Positions 27,318 to 34,563 of a stretch of DNA of 44,812 bases are shown here, in pieces. This DNA is from a virus (taxonomy: Duplodnaviria; Caudoviricetes): the IMG/VR virus record IMGVR_UViG_3300049982_000159, positions 1-44,812 of that record; one strand, given 5' to 3'. The translations under genes were made by a program, and so were the position numbers. The notes below the pieces were generated by a model. That model saw nothing but the letters and a program-made list of their open reading frames with translations. It made no database searches and was not told the origin of the DNA. The stretch's first letter is position 1. The number at the start of each line of letters is the position of its first letter.

Positions 27318-27507
27318 CGGGGGTCTCCTCGGGTGTAGGCGGTCGGGTTGGCAGCTTCGCGCCGGGGCGTCGGAGGTACCAGCCGACGAGCTGGTTGACC
27401 ACCTTGGCGCGGTCGAGCCCGACGACGCCGGCGCGGTCGGCGAGGTCGGTCCAGTCGTCATCCGGGATGCGGATCGACCGGTGCTGAGTCTTGGGTGCGT
27501 CGGGCAT
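27310..27507 (-). CDS. ribbon-helix-helix DNA-binding protein (65 aa)
   Basis: KT.HRSIRIPDD.W..L...A...G.DRA.VV..L..WYL. Confidence 0.8.
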   Translation of the reverse strand: MPDAPKTQHRSIRIPDDDWTDLADRAGVVGLDRAKVVNQLVGWYLRRPGAKLPTRPPTPEETPDA

Positions 27508-27519
27508 GGCGCTCCGTTC

Positions 27520-27624
27520 GGTGTACGTACCTGGGCAGGCTACTCCGTTCGAGGGTGTACGTACAGAAAGGCGGAGTGGCCCCTTGTGGTGTACGTACAC
27601 CACTTGCTACGGTGTACGTACACC
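27520..27624. promoter_or_regulatory. four GGTGTACGTAC operator palindromes overlapping a rightward promoter
   Basis: Copies at 27520, 27554, 27588 (within the 18-bp perfect palindrome 27586-27603) and 27611; TTGTGG-N18-TACGGT at 27584-27613. Confidence 0.8.
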
Positions 27625-27641
27625 AAGCAGTGGAGGACCGG

Positions 27642-27827
27642 ATGACCGACATCGAGCAGATCACCGAAGCCCTGAAACAGCTGACCGACGACGAACTCCG
27701 CGACCTCATCGGCAACGTCCTCCCGCAGATCATCGCCGCCGCTCAGACCATCCTCGACGCCCGCACCCCCATGCGGCACGGCACCGGCTGCTCGTGCTGC
27801 GGCGCGGGCGTCCGGCAGTGGCGCTGA
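27642..27827 (+). CDS. hypothetical protein with C-terminal H...CSCC (61 aa)
   Basis: GGAGG SD; first gene after the operator array. Confidence 0.7.
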   Translation: MTDIEQITEALKQLTDDELRDLIGNVLPQIIAAAQTILDARTPMRHGTGCSCCGAGVRQWR

Positions 27828-27831
27828 CCTC

Positions 27832-28362
27832 GTGGACAAAGCGCAGCGGGACGCCATCGCCCTGCTGACAAGACAGCTCCGCCACCTGCCCGAAGAGTCC
27901 CTGCGCCAGCTCGCCGCTGCAGGGCCGTTGACGGTGGCGATGGTGGCGCGGGCAGTACTGGATCTCCGGCCCGCCGCCGAGCCGGATGACGAGGCGTGGA
28001 TCCGTGCGGTGTTCCCGCAGCGGGCCACGGTTGGCCGCCCTCAGCGGCCTGTACCCATCCCCATCGCCGGGAATCGCCCGGCTTCAACCACAGGAGGAAC
28101 GGTGTCCACCACCGAAGAGAACATGGCCCTGGTTCGTGCTCAGCTCGAGAAGGTCGGGCAGGCGGTCGCGGCCGTGACGCAGGCGCACGACCTGCTCCAC
28201 GACGCCGCGGGGCACATCCTGGCCGTCTCGGGGAATCTGCCCGGGCCCAACCGTGCGGCCGCCGCGTGCGTGAGCACCGCGTCGCGGTTGGAGGAGATCC
28301 AGGGTGAGGTGATGCGACTCAACGAGATCATCGAGACCGCCGCGAACAACCCCAACGCCTGA
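27832..28362 (+). CDS. hypothetical protein (176 aa) with a strong internal start at 28102 giving an 86-aa helical-hairpin protein
   Basis: AGGAGG precedes in-frame GTG 28102; heptad-rich helix-turn-helix pattern. Confidence 0.6.
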   Translation: MDKAQRDAIALLTRQLRHLPEESLRQLAAAGPLTVAMVARAVLDLRPAAEPDDEAWIRAVFPQRATVGRPQRPVPIPIAGNRPASTTGGTVSTTEENMALVRAQLEKVGQAVAAVTQAHDLLHDAAGHILAVSGNLPGPNRAAAACVSTASRLEEIQGEVMRLNEIIETAANNPNA

Positions 28363-28542
28363 AGAGTCGAGCTGTACCCGTTCGTCCGGAACCCGGAGAT
28401 CGGGAAGCCCGCGCCCAGGATCGACGCTGAGCTCGCCGAGGTCGAGGAGGAGATCATCGAACGCACCGCGTACGGCACCGACACGGAGGATCAGGAGGCG
28501 CGTGAGGGGAACCTTCGCGACGCCCGTGGTGGGTTGAACTGA
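28363..28542 (+). pseudogene. start-less coding-like frame directly after TGA 28360-28362 (readthrough extension or nonsense-split gene)
   Basis: 59 GC3-rich codons in the same frame, ending exactly at the terminator hairpin. Confidence 0.45.
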
Positions 28543-28580
28543 GCGAGGCCCCCGGCGTGCTGGCCGGGGGCCTCGCTGTT
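28542..28580 (+). terminator. intrinsic terminator hairpin
   Basis: Perfect 15-bp stem AGCGAGGCCCCCGGC/GCCGGGGGCCTCGCT between convergent units. Confidence 0.75.
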
Positions 28581-28686
28581 CGCCGTCCACCGCGGTCGGG
28601 GGGCGAGGCTCGTGCCTCCACGCGGCGGGCGGACGTTGAGGCCCGGTCGGTGGCCGCTGGAGGGGCGCGCGCACCGACCGGGTGAA

Positions 28687-28917
28687 TCAGAGCCGCGTGA
28701 GCGGCAGGCGTTCGCAAAGCGGGCAGTAGGGGATGCCGTTGCGGTATTCCGCGGACGCGGGGATGCAGAGGGCGCGTGTTGCGCAGGGCGCGACGTACGC
28801 GTGGCTCAAGGCGTAGGCCCGCGTGTCGGCTGTGGGTGGGATGAAGTGCTGGGTGGGTGCGCCCGGCGTGCCGGGGGTGGAGACCATCCACTGGCCGGTG
28901 GTGACGTGGACGCTCAT
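28687..28917 (-). CDS. small putative Zn-binding protein (76 aa)
   Basis: H...APC...C...CPLC; ATGA overlap with the upstream gene; divergent from the XRE gene. Confidence 0.6.
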   Translation of the reverse strand: MSVHVTTGQWMVSTPGTPGAPTQHFIPPTADTRAYALSHAYVAPCATRALCIPASAEYRNGIPYCPLCERLPLTRL

Positions 28918-29114
28918 GAGTACCGCCTGTTGACCTTGGGGTAGAGCTGGTTAGCTTCGCGCTCGTAGTGCCGGAACTGCCGCTCGGTCATCTCGGAACC
29001 TGGCCTGAACGTCCGGTCGTCGTTGTCGGCGTCCGGGGCCCCAGCGGACTGGGGCCCCGGGCCCTCCGCGTCGGCGATGACTGACGCGGAGTCGTCGTTC
29101 CCCGTGCCCCGCAT
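28914..29114 (-). CDS. hypothetical protein (66 aa)
   Basis: GGGGAGG SD on the minus strand; downstream of the leftward promoter. Confidence 0.55.
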   Translation of the reverse strand: MRGTGNDDSASVIADAEGPGPQSAGAPDADNDDRTFRPGSEMTERQFRHYEREANQLYPKVNRRYS

Positions 29115-29145
29115 CCGCGCTCAACCTCCCCGATCCACGCTTTCT

Positions 29146-29191
29146 CAGGTGGTGCGTGACCAGTGTGCTGGTAACGCACCACCTGTGACAA
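29146..29191 (-). promoter_or_regulatory. leftward promoter embedded in an 18-bp inverted repeat (putative XRE operator)
   Basis: CAGGTGGTGCGTGACCAG-tgtg-CTGGTAACGCACCACCTG; the minus strand reads TTGTCA-N18-CACACT. Confidence 0.65.
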
Positions 29192-29246
29192 GGACGCGTT
29201 CGGGTGATGGCCATGTACCGGTCTGTGACCTCTAGGATTCCTGGTT

Positions 29247-30089
29247 ATGGCAGCCCCACCGTCTTCCCCTCGGGTGCGGGCTCTTGCTGGCGCACTCAAG
29301 AAGGTCCGCACGGACCGCGGCGTAGGACAGCGAGAACTCGCTCGTCGACTCGGACATCGCACGCACGCGACAATCTCCTACTGGGAGGTCGGCGCGCGCG
29401 TGCCGACCGTCGAGGACGTCACTCCGATCCTCGACGAGCTCGGCGTCGTCGGCTCCGAGCGAGACCGCATCATCGACCTGACCAAGAGTGCGAAGCTCAC
29501 GTCGAACTGGCTGGCGCCCGGCTTCCCCGGCATGTCACCCGCGCTGGCCGGCGTGCTGGACTGCGAGGTCACCGCGACGGCGATTCGCCAGTGGAGTCCG
29601 TCGGTCATCCCGGGCTTGTTGCAGACGGAGTCGTACGCGCGGGCGATTCTCGATGACGCGTCGGAGGCCCCTCTTGTCCGGATGCGGATGGCGCGGCAGG
29701 AGATCCTCACGAAGGAAGACCACCCGGTCACGTTCGAAGCGTTGATCCACGAATGCGCCCTGCGTGATGTGCTGGCGTCACCGCAGGTGCAGGCCGAGCA
29801 GCTGCGGCATCTGCTTGAGGTGGACAAGCTGGAGAACGTGACAGTCCGGGTCGTGCGCACCGGCGTCGGGTGGCATCCCGGCTTGGTGGGCGCGTTCATC
29901 CTCTACGACTTCGCGGATACTCCGTCGATCATCCACATCGAGCACTACAGCTCGAGCGCGTTCCTCTACGAGGAGCGAGACGTGACGGCGTTCAAGTCAG
30001 CCGCGCGCACGGTGCGCGGTGTGGCGATGAGCCCGGAGGACTCGTCCGGACTCATCGCCGAGGTGATAGGGGATATGGAGATGAGATGA
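29247..30089 (+). CDS. XRE HTH plus DUF5753 transcriptional regulator (WhiJ/Scr1-like)
   Basis: N-terminal HTH (IS.WE.G.R.P), IPGLLQT..YARA, R..RQ.IL, I.E.AL, QL.HL, MSPE.S. Confidence 0.9.
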   Translation: MAAPPSSPRVRALAGALKKVRTDRGVGQRELARRLGHRTHATISYWEVGARVPTVEDVTPILDELGVVGSERDRIIDLTKSAKLTSNWLAPGFPGMSPALAGVLDCEVTATAIRQWSPSVIPGLLQTESYARAILDDASEAPLVRMRMARQEILTKEDHPVTFEALIHECALRDVLASPQVQAEQLRHLLEVDKLENVTVRVVRTGVGWHPGLVGAFILYDFADTPSIIHIEHYSSSAFLYEERDVTAFKSAARTVRGVAMSPEDSSGLIAEVIGDMEMR

Positions 30090-30259
30090 CCCTACCCAGC
30101 CGCCCAATGTGGCGGAAGTCGTCCTACTCGGATCAGAAGGACTGCGTCGAGGTGACCCTCGCTCCGCAGGTCGGGGTTCGGGACACGAAGGACAGGGAAG
30201 GTGGACAGCTGGATCTCCCGGCGGATGCGTGGCAGGCGTTCATTCGGAAGATCGTGTAG
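30086..30259 (+). CDS. DUF397 protein (Scr2-like, 57 aa)
   Basis: WRKSSYS....CVEV....VGVRDTK......L.....AW.AF; ATGA overlap with the XRE gene. Confidence 0.92.
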   Translation: MTLPSRPMWRKSSYSDQKDCVEVTLAPQVGVRDTKDREGGQLDLPADAWQAFIRKIV

Positions 30260-30267
30260 CTGGACCA

Positions 30268-30305
30268 GGAGCCCCCGGCGGCGGCGATGACCGTCCGGGG
30301 GCTCC
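30268..30305 (+). terminator. terminator-like hairpin after DUF397
   Basis: GGAGCCCCCGG/CCGGGGGCTCC stem. Confidence 0.6.
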
Positions 30306-30317
30306 GTCATGTCCGGG

Positions 30318-30569
30318 CTGCTGTACTTCTGCTGTACGCGGCGGACCAGGTGGTCGATCCCGTTGAGTATCGGTGCTGGTCAGGGGATTCGAGTGGGCCC
30401 GGAGAGACTCGAACTCTCACTGGCACGGACCCAGTTGCCCGGGGTGAAGCCGCCCGAAGCGCGGGGTAGCGGGATGGCTCCAATGCAGGTCAGCCTGCTT
30501 GTTCGGCGATCATCGAAGTAGCGGGAAGTAGCGCGACGAAACCCTGGTCTGCTGTAAACGCTGCTGTAC
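30318..30569 (+). repeat. putative integrase arm-type sites (CTGCTGTA x4) and accessory repeats flanking the core
   Basis: CTGCTGTA at 30318, 30329, 30549 and 30561; GAAGTAGCG at 30515 and 30525. Confidence 0.65.
30394..30431 (-). other. attP common core, the 3' half of a host tRNA (probably tRNA-Leu)
   Basis: Minus strand GGT-CCGTG-CCAGT-GAGAG-TTCGAGT-CTCTC-CGGGCCC-A gives anticodon-stem 3' strand, variable loop, T-arm, acceptor strand and discriminator A; no 5' half; adjacent to the integrase. Confidence 0.85.
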
Positions 30570-31794
30570 GCCCGGCCGTCAGCTCCGCCAGCGCTGCCTC
30601 CACCCGGGCGAGCCGATGAGCCAGCAGCACGGGATCCGTCGACGGGTCGGGCCCGGCCGTCGACGGGGCCGCGGTACGCCGCTCGAGTGCCGCCCGGACC
30701 GTGTCGAACCCGGCGTCGGACAGGTGCGCGTACCGGCGGGTAACCTCCTCGTCGGAGTGCCCCATCACCCGCGCGATCTCCGGCAGCGGCACGCCCTCCT
30801 GGATCAGCCAGCTCGCGTAGGTGTGGCGCATGTCGTGCGGCCGCACCCGCCCGGCGATCCCGGCGAGGTCGAGCGCCCGCCGCCAGATCGTCTTTCCCCA
30901 GTCGTTCGACTTCAGCGGGGCGCCGCGGCCGCCGCGGAACAGGATGTCACCGCGGCAGTCGCCGACGCGGTGCGTGATCCCGCACGTCTCCGCCAGGCCG
31001 CGCGCGGCCTGGCGCTCCCGGTGGGTGACGAGCCGGCCGACGAGGTCGGGCGGCAGCGGAACGGTCCGCTCTTCCTTGTCCTTCGGGACCGGGTCGATGA
31101 CGTAGGCCTTCTGATCGAACTTCTCGACGACCCGGATGGTGCCGCGCTGCAGGTCGACCCGGTCCCAGTGGAGCCCGGCGATCTCGCCGAACCGCAGCCC
31201 GGTCTCGACGCCGAGCCGGACGAGGAGCGCGTTGGGGCCGTCGAGCGCGAAGGTGATTGCCTCGACTTCGTCCGGCGTGAGGTAGCGCTCGAGGCCCTGG
31301 GGTAGGTCGGGGTAGCCGACGTCGCGCGCGGGGCTGGTGGCGAGCCGTCGGTCGGCGACGGCGGCGTTGAGGCTCGTCTTCAGGAGCATCAGAGCGGACC
31401 GGAACGTCCACGGTGGGCAGGGTGGTTTCGCGCCGCGCCGTGGCGGGGTGGTCATCTTCTTCTTCCAGCGCTCGACCATCATCGGCGTGATGTCGCAGAG
31501 CTTCGTCCGAGACCAGGTCGGCATGATCCAGTTACCGGCAACTGACCGGTAGTTCTCGTCGGTCGCGAACGCGAGGGAGCGGGAGCCGTGCCACAGGTCG
31601 AACCACGGACCCCATTCGATCTTCGCGCCTTTGACGTCGATCGCGCCCGGCTCGCGGGCCTCCGACTCCCGCCGCCCTGCTTCGCGGAGGGCCTGCGCCT
31701 CCTGGGTGAAGGACCCGGCGGACTGCTCGACGCCGTGCCCGTCGCGGTAGATCCCCTGGTAGTTCCCGGACGTCAGCGTCCTAGTCCAGGCCAT
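30490..31794 (-). CDS. int: tyrosine integrase
   Basis: TGLRFGEI.GL.W..VD, HDMRHTYASWL, MGH, RRYAH catalytic motifs. Confidence 0.95.
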   Translation of the reverse strand: MAWTRTLTSGNYQGIYRDGHGVEQSAGSFTQEAQALREAGRRESEAREPGAIDVKGAKIEWGPWFDLWHGSRSLAFATDENYRSVAGNWIMPTWSRTKLCDITPMMVERWKKKMTTPPRRGAKPPCPPWTFRSALMLLKTSLNAAVADRRLATSPARDVGYPDLPQGLERYLTPDEVEAITFALDGPNALLVRLGVETGLRFGEIAGLHWDRVDLQRGTIRVVEKFDQKAYVIDPVPKDKEERTVPLPPDLVGRLVTHRERQAARGLAETCGITHRVGDCRGDILFRGGRGAPLKSNDWGKTIWRRALDLAGIAGRVRPHDMRHTYASWLIQEGVPLPEIARVMGHSDEEVTRRYAHLSDAGFDTVRAALERRTAAPSTAGPDPSTDPVLLAHRLARVEAALAELTAGRTAAFTADQGFVALLPATSMIAEQAG

Positions 31795-32170
31795 CGGCGT
31801 GTCCTCCCTCGTCGAGATACTTGGTGATCTCCCGGAACGCGGCGTCGTCGCGTCGCCGAGCCGCCGCGACGCCTGGCTCGCTCGCGCGGAACGCTTCGAT
31901 CAGTTCCTCGTCGACGCGGTGCTCGGCGTCGCGGCGGGCGAGCTGCATCCGCCAGATCCAGGTGAGCCCGGTGGCGGTGGCGACGGCGACCATGAAGGGT
32001 GGGCTGGAGTCGTAGTCGTTGGTGAGCAGTAGCAGCGTGGCCCATGCGACGGAGAGTCCGAGGCCGATCGCGGTGATGAAGGTGGCGCAAGACAGCACGG
32101 CGACGACCGCGGTGAAGGTGGCCGTCAACCGCGAGGAAGACCGTCTCCAGGTGATCGGCTTGAGCGACAT
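31781..32170 (-). CDS. membrane protein (2 TM) in the repressor-integrase region
   Basis: GGGAGG SD; two hydrophobic segments; overlaps the int start. Confidence 0.7.
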   Translation of the reverse strand: MSLKPITWRRSSSRLTATFTAVVAVLSCATFITAIGLGLSVAWATLLLLTNDYDSSPPFMVAVATATGLTWIWRMQLARRDAEHRVDEELIEAFRASEPGVAAARRRDDAAFREITKYLDEGGHADGLD

Positions 32171-32341
32171 TGCTTTGCCTCCCGGGGCGGTTGCGGTGAC
32201 ATGTGGCGTGAGGACGTATCGATCCTTTCGGGACCCTCAGGTGGTGCGTTACCAGCGCGATCATGAACTCGCCGGTAATGACCCAGATGGACGAACATCA
32301 AGTAACAGTGCAGGTCAGTGCAGGTCTCGATCGCACAACGG

Positions 32342-32776
32342 CTAACCGTCCGTAACGGCCTTAGCCTGTTCGGCCTCAGCCCTCACCCGGGTAACTTCCC
32401 GCATCCAGACCTGGGCCAAGTACGCCGAACGCCGGAGGAACATCTCGTAGGTCTCGTGCACCTCGGTGTCCGTCATGCCTTGCATCTGCTGGCGCTCGGC
32501 GGCGGACCACTCATGCGTCGGCGCCGGTGGCATCTCGATCTCGCGCGGCGGAGAGCCATCCTCGACGGTCCGGCGCGCGGACCCGGGCGGCCAGCCGGCG
32601 CCTCGGTCGAGTCCTGCGTAGGTCTTCGTGCGCGGGGTGACGGTCGCGGCCTCGACGCGCTGGATGGTCGGCAGGCCGAGGCCGCAGGCCTTCGCGAACT
32701 CAGCCTGCGTCATTCCGAGTCGGTTGCGTACGTCTTGGACCGCCGCAGCCAATCTCTTTAAATCTCTTTCGGCCAC
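32342..32776 (-). CDS. immunity repressor (XRE HTH, about 144 aa; probably leaderless GTG)
   Basis: RL..AV...R..LGMTQ.EFA..CG.GL.TI.R.E, LD...GW..GS; -10-like GATGCT 6 nt before the GTG; divergent from cro. Confidence 0.8.
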   Translation of the reverse strand: MAERDLKRLAAAVQDVRNRLGMTQAEFAKACGLGLPTIQRVEAATVTPRTKTYAGLDRGAGWPPGSARRTVEDGSPPREIEMPPAPTHEWSAAERQQMQGMTDTEVHETYEMFLRRSAYLAQVWMREVTRVRAEAEQAKAVTDG

Positions 32777-32957
32777 GCACACAGCATCCCTCACGGGGTG
32801 CGACGAGTCCAGCCGTGACCGTGGTCGACGCTTGAGTTCCCAGTGGTAGTGGCGCACGATCTCCCCTTCGTGACACGTCTCTTCAAATCTCTTCGCACCA
32901 TACAAGGTCACGAAAGAGGCATCAAGGGCTTGCGAGAGATGTGAAGAGATGTAATGT
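32751..32957. promoter_or_regulatory. genetic-switch operators (paired 10-bp-period ATCTCTT repeats) and cro promoter
   Basis: Pairs at 32751/32761 and 32876/32886, inverted pair at 32934/32944; TTGCGA-N16-TAATGT ends 6 nt before the cro ATG. Confidence 0.7.
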
Positions 32958-32963
32958 GAGGGC

Positions 32964-33278
32964 ATGGCAGACCCCAAGGGCCCCGAGATCGAGGCCATGC
33001 GAAAGGCCCGAGGCTGGAAGCGCAGCGAACTCGCCCAGCGGGTCGGCTGCTCGTACCAGCACATCTACAACTTGGAACGTGGCTTCAACCTCGTGGCTGA
33101 AGAGGTCCTCCAGCGGATCGCTTCCGCGTTCAACGTCCCGCTGAGCAACGTCATGCAGGCGCCGAAGCCGCCGGCCCCCCGCAAGGCGCCGACGTCCGCG
33201 CCGAAGCCGCCGAGCCCGGCGCCGCCTCCGCGGCCGACGAAGCCGCCGACGCGGGTCGCGGAAGGGACGGCGGCATGA
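32964..33278 (+). CDS. Cro-like XRE HTH protein with Pro/Lys-rich tail
   Basis: I...RKARGW....LA.RVG.S...I.NLE.G; first rightward gene. Confidence 0.85.
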   Translation: MADPKGPEIEAMRKARGWKRSELAQRVGCSYQHIYNLERGFNLVAEEVLQRIASAFNVPLSNVMQAPKPPAPRKAPTSAPKPPSPAPPPRPTKPPTRVAEGTAA

Positions 33279-33502
33279 CCACGGCGGTCATCGATTGGCT
33301 CACGGTGGAGCAGGTCGCCGGGAAAACGGGGAAGCACCCGGTCACCTTGCGACGCGCCCTTGAGTGCGGCGAGCTCCACGGTCACCAGCGGAAGCGCCGA
33401 GGCCGGTGGCAGGTCCACCCGGAGGCGGTCAACGCCTGGATCCGGGGCATGGACGGGCCGGCCGCGTGCGGCTGCAAGCGAGTCCTGCGTCGCGTCGCCT
33501 GA
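33275..33502 (+). CDS. xis: excisionase-like HTH (HTH_17)
   Basis: WLTVEQVA...GKHP.TLRRA...GEL.G.....G.W.V....V.AWI. Confidence 0.75.
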   Translation: MTTAVIDWLTVEQVAGKTGKHPVTLRRALECGELHGHQRKRRGRWQVHPEAVNAWIRGMDGPAACGCKRVLRRVA

Positions 33503-33620
33503 TCTCCCGGCGGACCGGCTCCTGCCCATCCCCCTCAGCCGGTCCGCCGGGGACCACCTGAACAACGAGAAGCGGCCCCCGCTGCACACGAGGGCCGCCT
33601 GAACAAGAGGAGTGAGCCTC

Positions 33621-33842
33621 ATGTCCGAACAGGATCGTACCCGGTCGACCAACCCGAGTGGCGACGACGCGTTCGTCGTGGCGGCGGTGCACAGGCACCT
33701 GAAGGAGCAGCTCCGCTCCACCGGCCCCAGGGGCACCGAGTACGCCGACGGCAAGCGCGACGCGCTGCTGGAAGCGTTGGGGTTCCTGGACGGCGTGTCC
33801 GGCGGCCGGTACTCCTCGTCCGTCGAGGGCGGTGCCGAGTGA
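33621..33842 (+). CDS. hypothetical protein (73 aa)
   Basis: GAGGAG SD; coupled to the next gene. Confidence 0.6.
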   Translation: MSEQDRTRSTNPSGDDAFVVAAVHRHLKEQLRSTGPRGTEYADGKRDALLEALGFLDGVSGGRYSSSVEGGAE

Positions 33843-34186
33843 CCGCCCCGGCGCAGCACGGCAGGCACTGGCGGACCGAGGTGATCCCGGCGGTCTTCAA
33901 CGAGGGCCGGATCGCCGGGTCGCTGGCCGTGGAGCTGCTGGAGCAGACGGCACCGTTCGAGCCGCCGACGGTCCAGTTCTCCCGGGCGGACTTCGAGTTC
34001 GCGGTGGAGCTGGACCGGGCGATCGCGGCGGGGCGGATCGCGGAGCAGCGGCGGCTGAACCCGTCGCGGTGGGAGCGGACCCGGCGGTACGTGAAGGCGA
34101 ACTGGACGCCCGCGCGGGCGGCGTACGTCGCGGCCACGGGTGGCTCGTTCTTCGGGGCGCTGGTCACCTGGTTGGTGACGAGATGA
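33839..34186 (+). CDS. hypothetical protein with C-terminal TM
   Basis: GTGA overlap; hydrophobic C-terminus. Confidence 0.65.
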   Translation: MTAPAQHGRHWRTEVIPAVFNEGRIAGSLAVELLEQTAPFEPPTVQFSRADFEFAVELDRAIAAGRIAEQRRLNPSRWERTRRYVKANWTPARAAYVAATGGSFFGALVTWLVTR

Positions 34187-34563
34187 CGGCCCGGCAGACG
34201 TTCACGTTCCCGCCGGTAAACCCGGAGTACATCGACCCGGAGATCCAGTCGTCGGCGTCGTTGCGGGCGGAGTACGCGGCGGCGATGCCGCACACCGACC
34301 CGTGTCACCAGAACTGCGACGGCCCGGAGGGGCAGCACCCGGTGACGTGGCGGCTGCACCCGAGGCCGGGTTCGTTCCCGAAGCCGGACGCGATCACGAG
34401 CCTCGTCGAGTGCTGCACCTGCTGTGCGTGGGGCTGCCACCCGGAGGGGTTCGTGGCCCGGCTGGAGCGGGAGCGGTTCGACGACCACGACATCGAGATC
34501 GAGCGCCTGCTGCCGGACGGCCGGTGGGTGCGGTTCGAGCAGCGATTCGAAGGAGCGGCATGA
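34183..34563 (+). CDS. hypothetical Cys-rich protein (126 aa)
   Basis: ATGA overlap; C...C, CC.CC. Confidence 0.65.
   Translation: MTARQTFTFPPVNPEYIDPEIQSSASLRAEYAAAMPHTDPCHQNCDGPEGQHPVTWRLHPRPGSFPKPDAITSLVECCTCCAWGCHPEGFVARLERERFDDHDIEIERLLPDGRWVRFEQRFEGAA

Noticed and set aside
27520-27624. Mini CRISPR array
   Set aside because: Repeats are only 11-18 bp with irregular short spacing, overlap a promoter, and no cas genes are present
30394-30470. Complete phage-encoded tRNA
   Set aside because: Only the 3' half is present; there is no matching 5' acceptor strand, D-arm or anticodon-stem partner, so it is treated as the attP core
32205-32245. Hammerhead-like CTGAG...CGAAA...GATAC on the minus strand
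   Set aside because: Core nucleotides do not fit CUGAnGA/GAAA; it is better explained as a simple hairpin
32306-32325. CAGTGCAGGT tandem repeat, similar to CAATGCAGGTCAG at 30481
   Set aside because: Short GCAGGTCA-type words are common in actinobacterial intergenic DNA, so no specific role can be assigned
32777-33064. N-terminal 96-aa extension of the repressor as given in the ORF track
   Set aside because: It would overlap the operators and the divergent cro gene; the HTH starts right after GTG 32776
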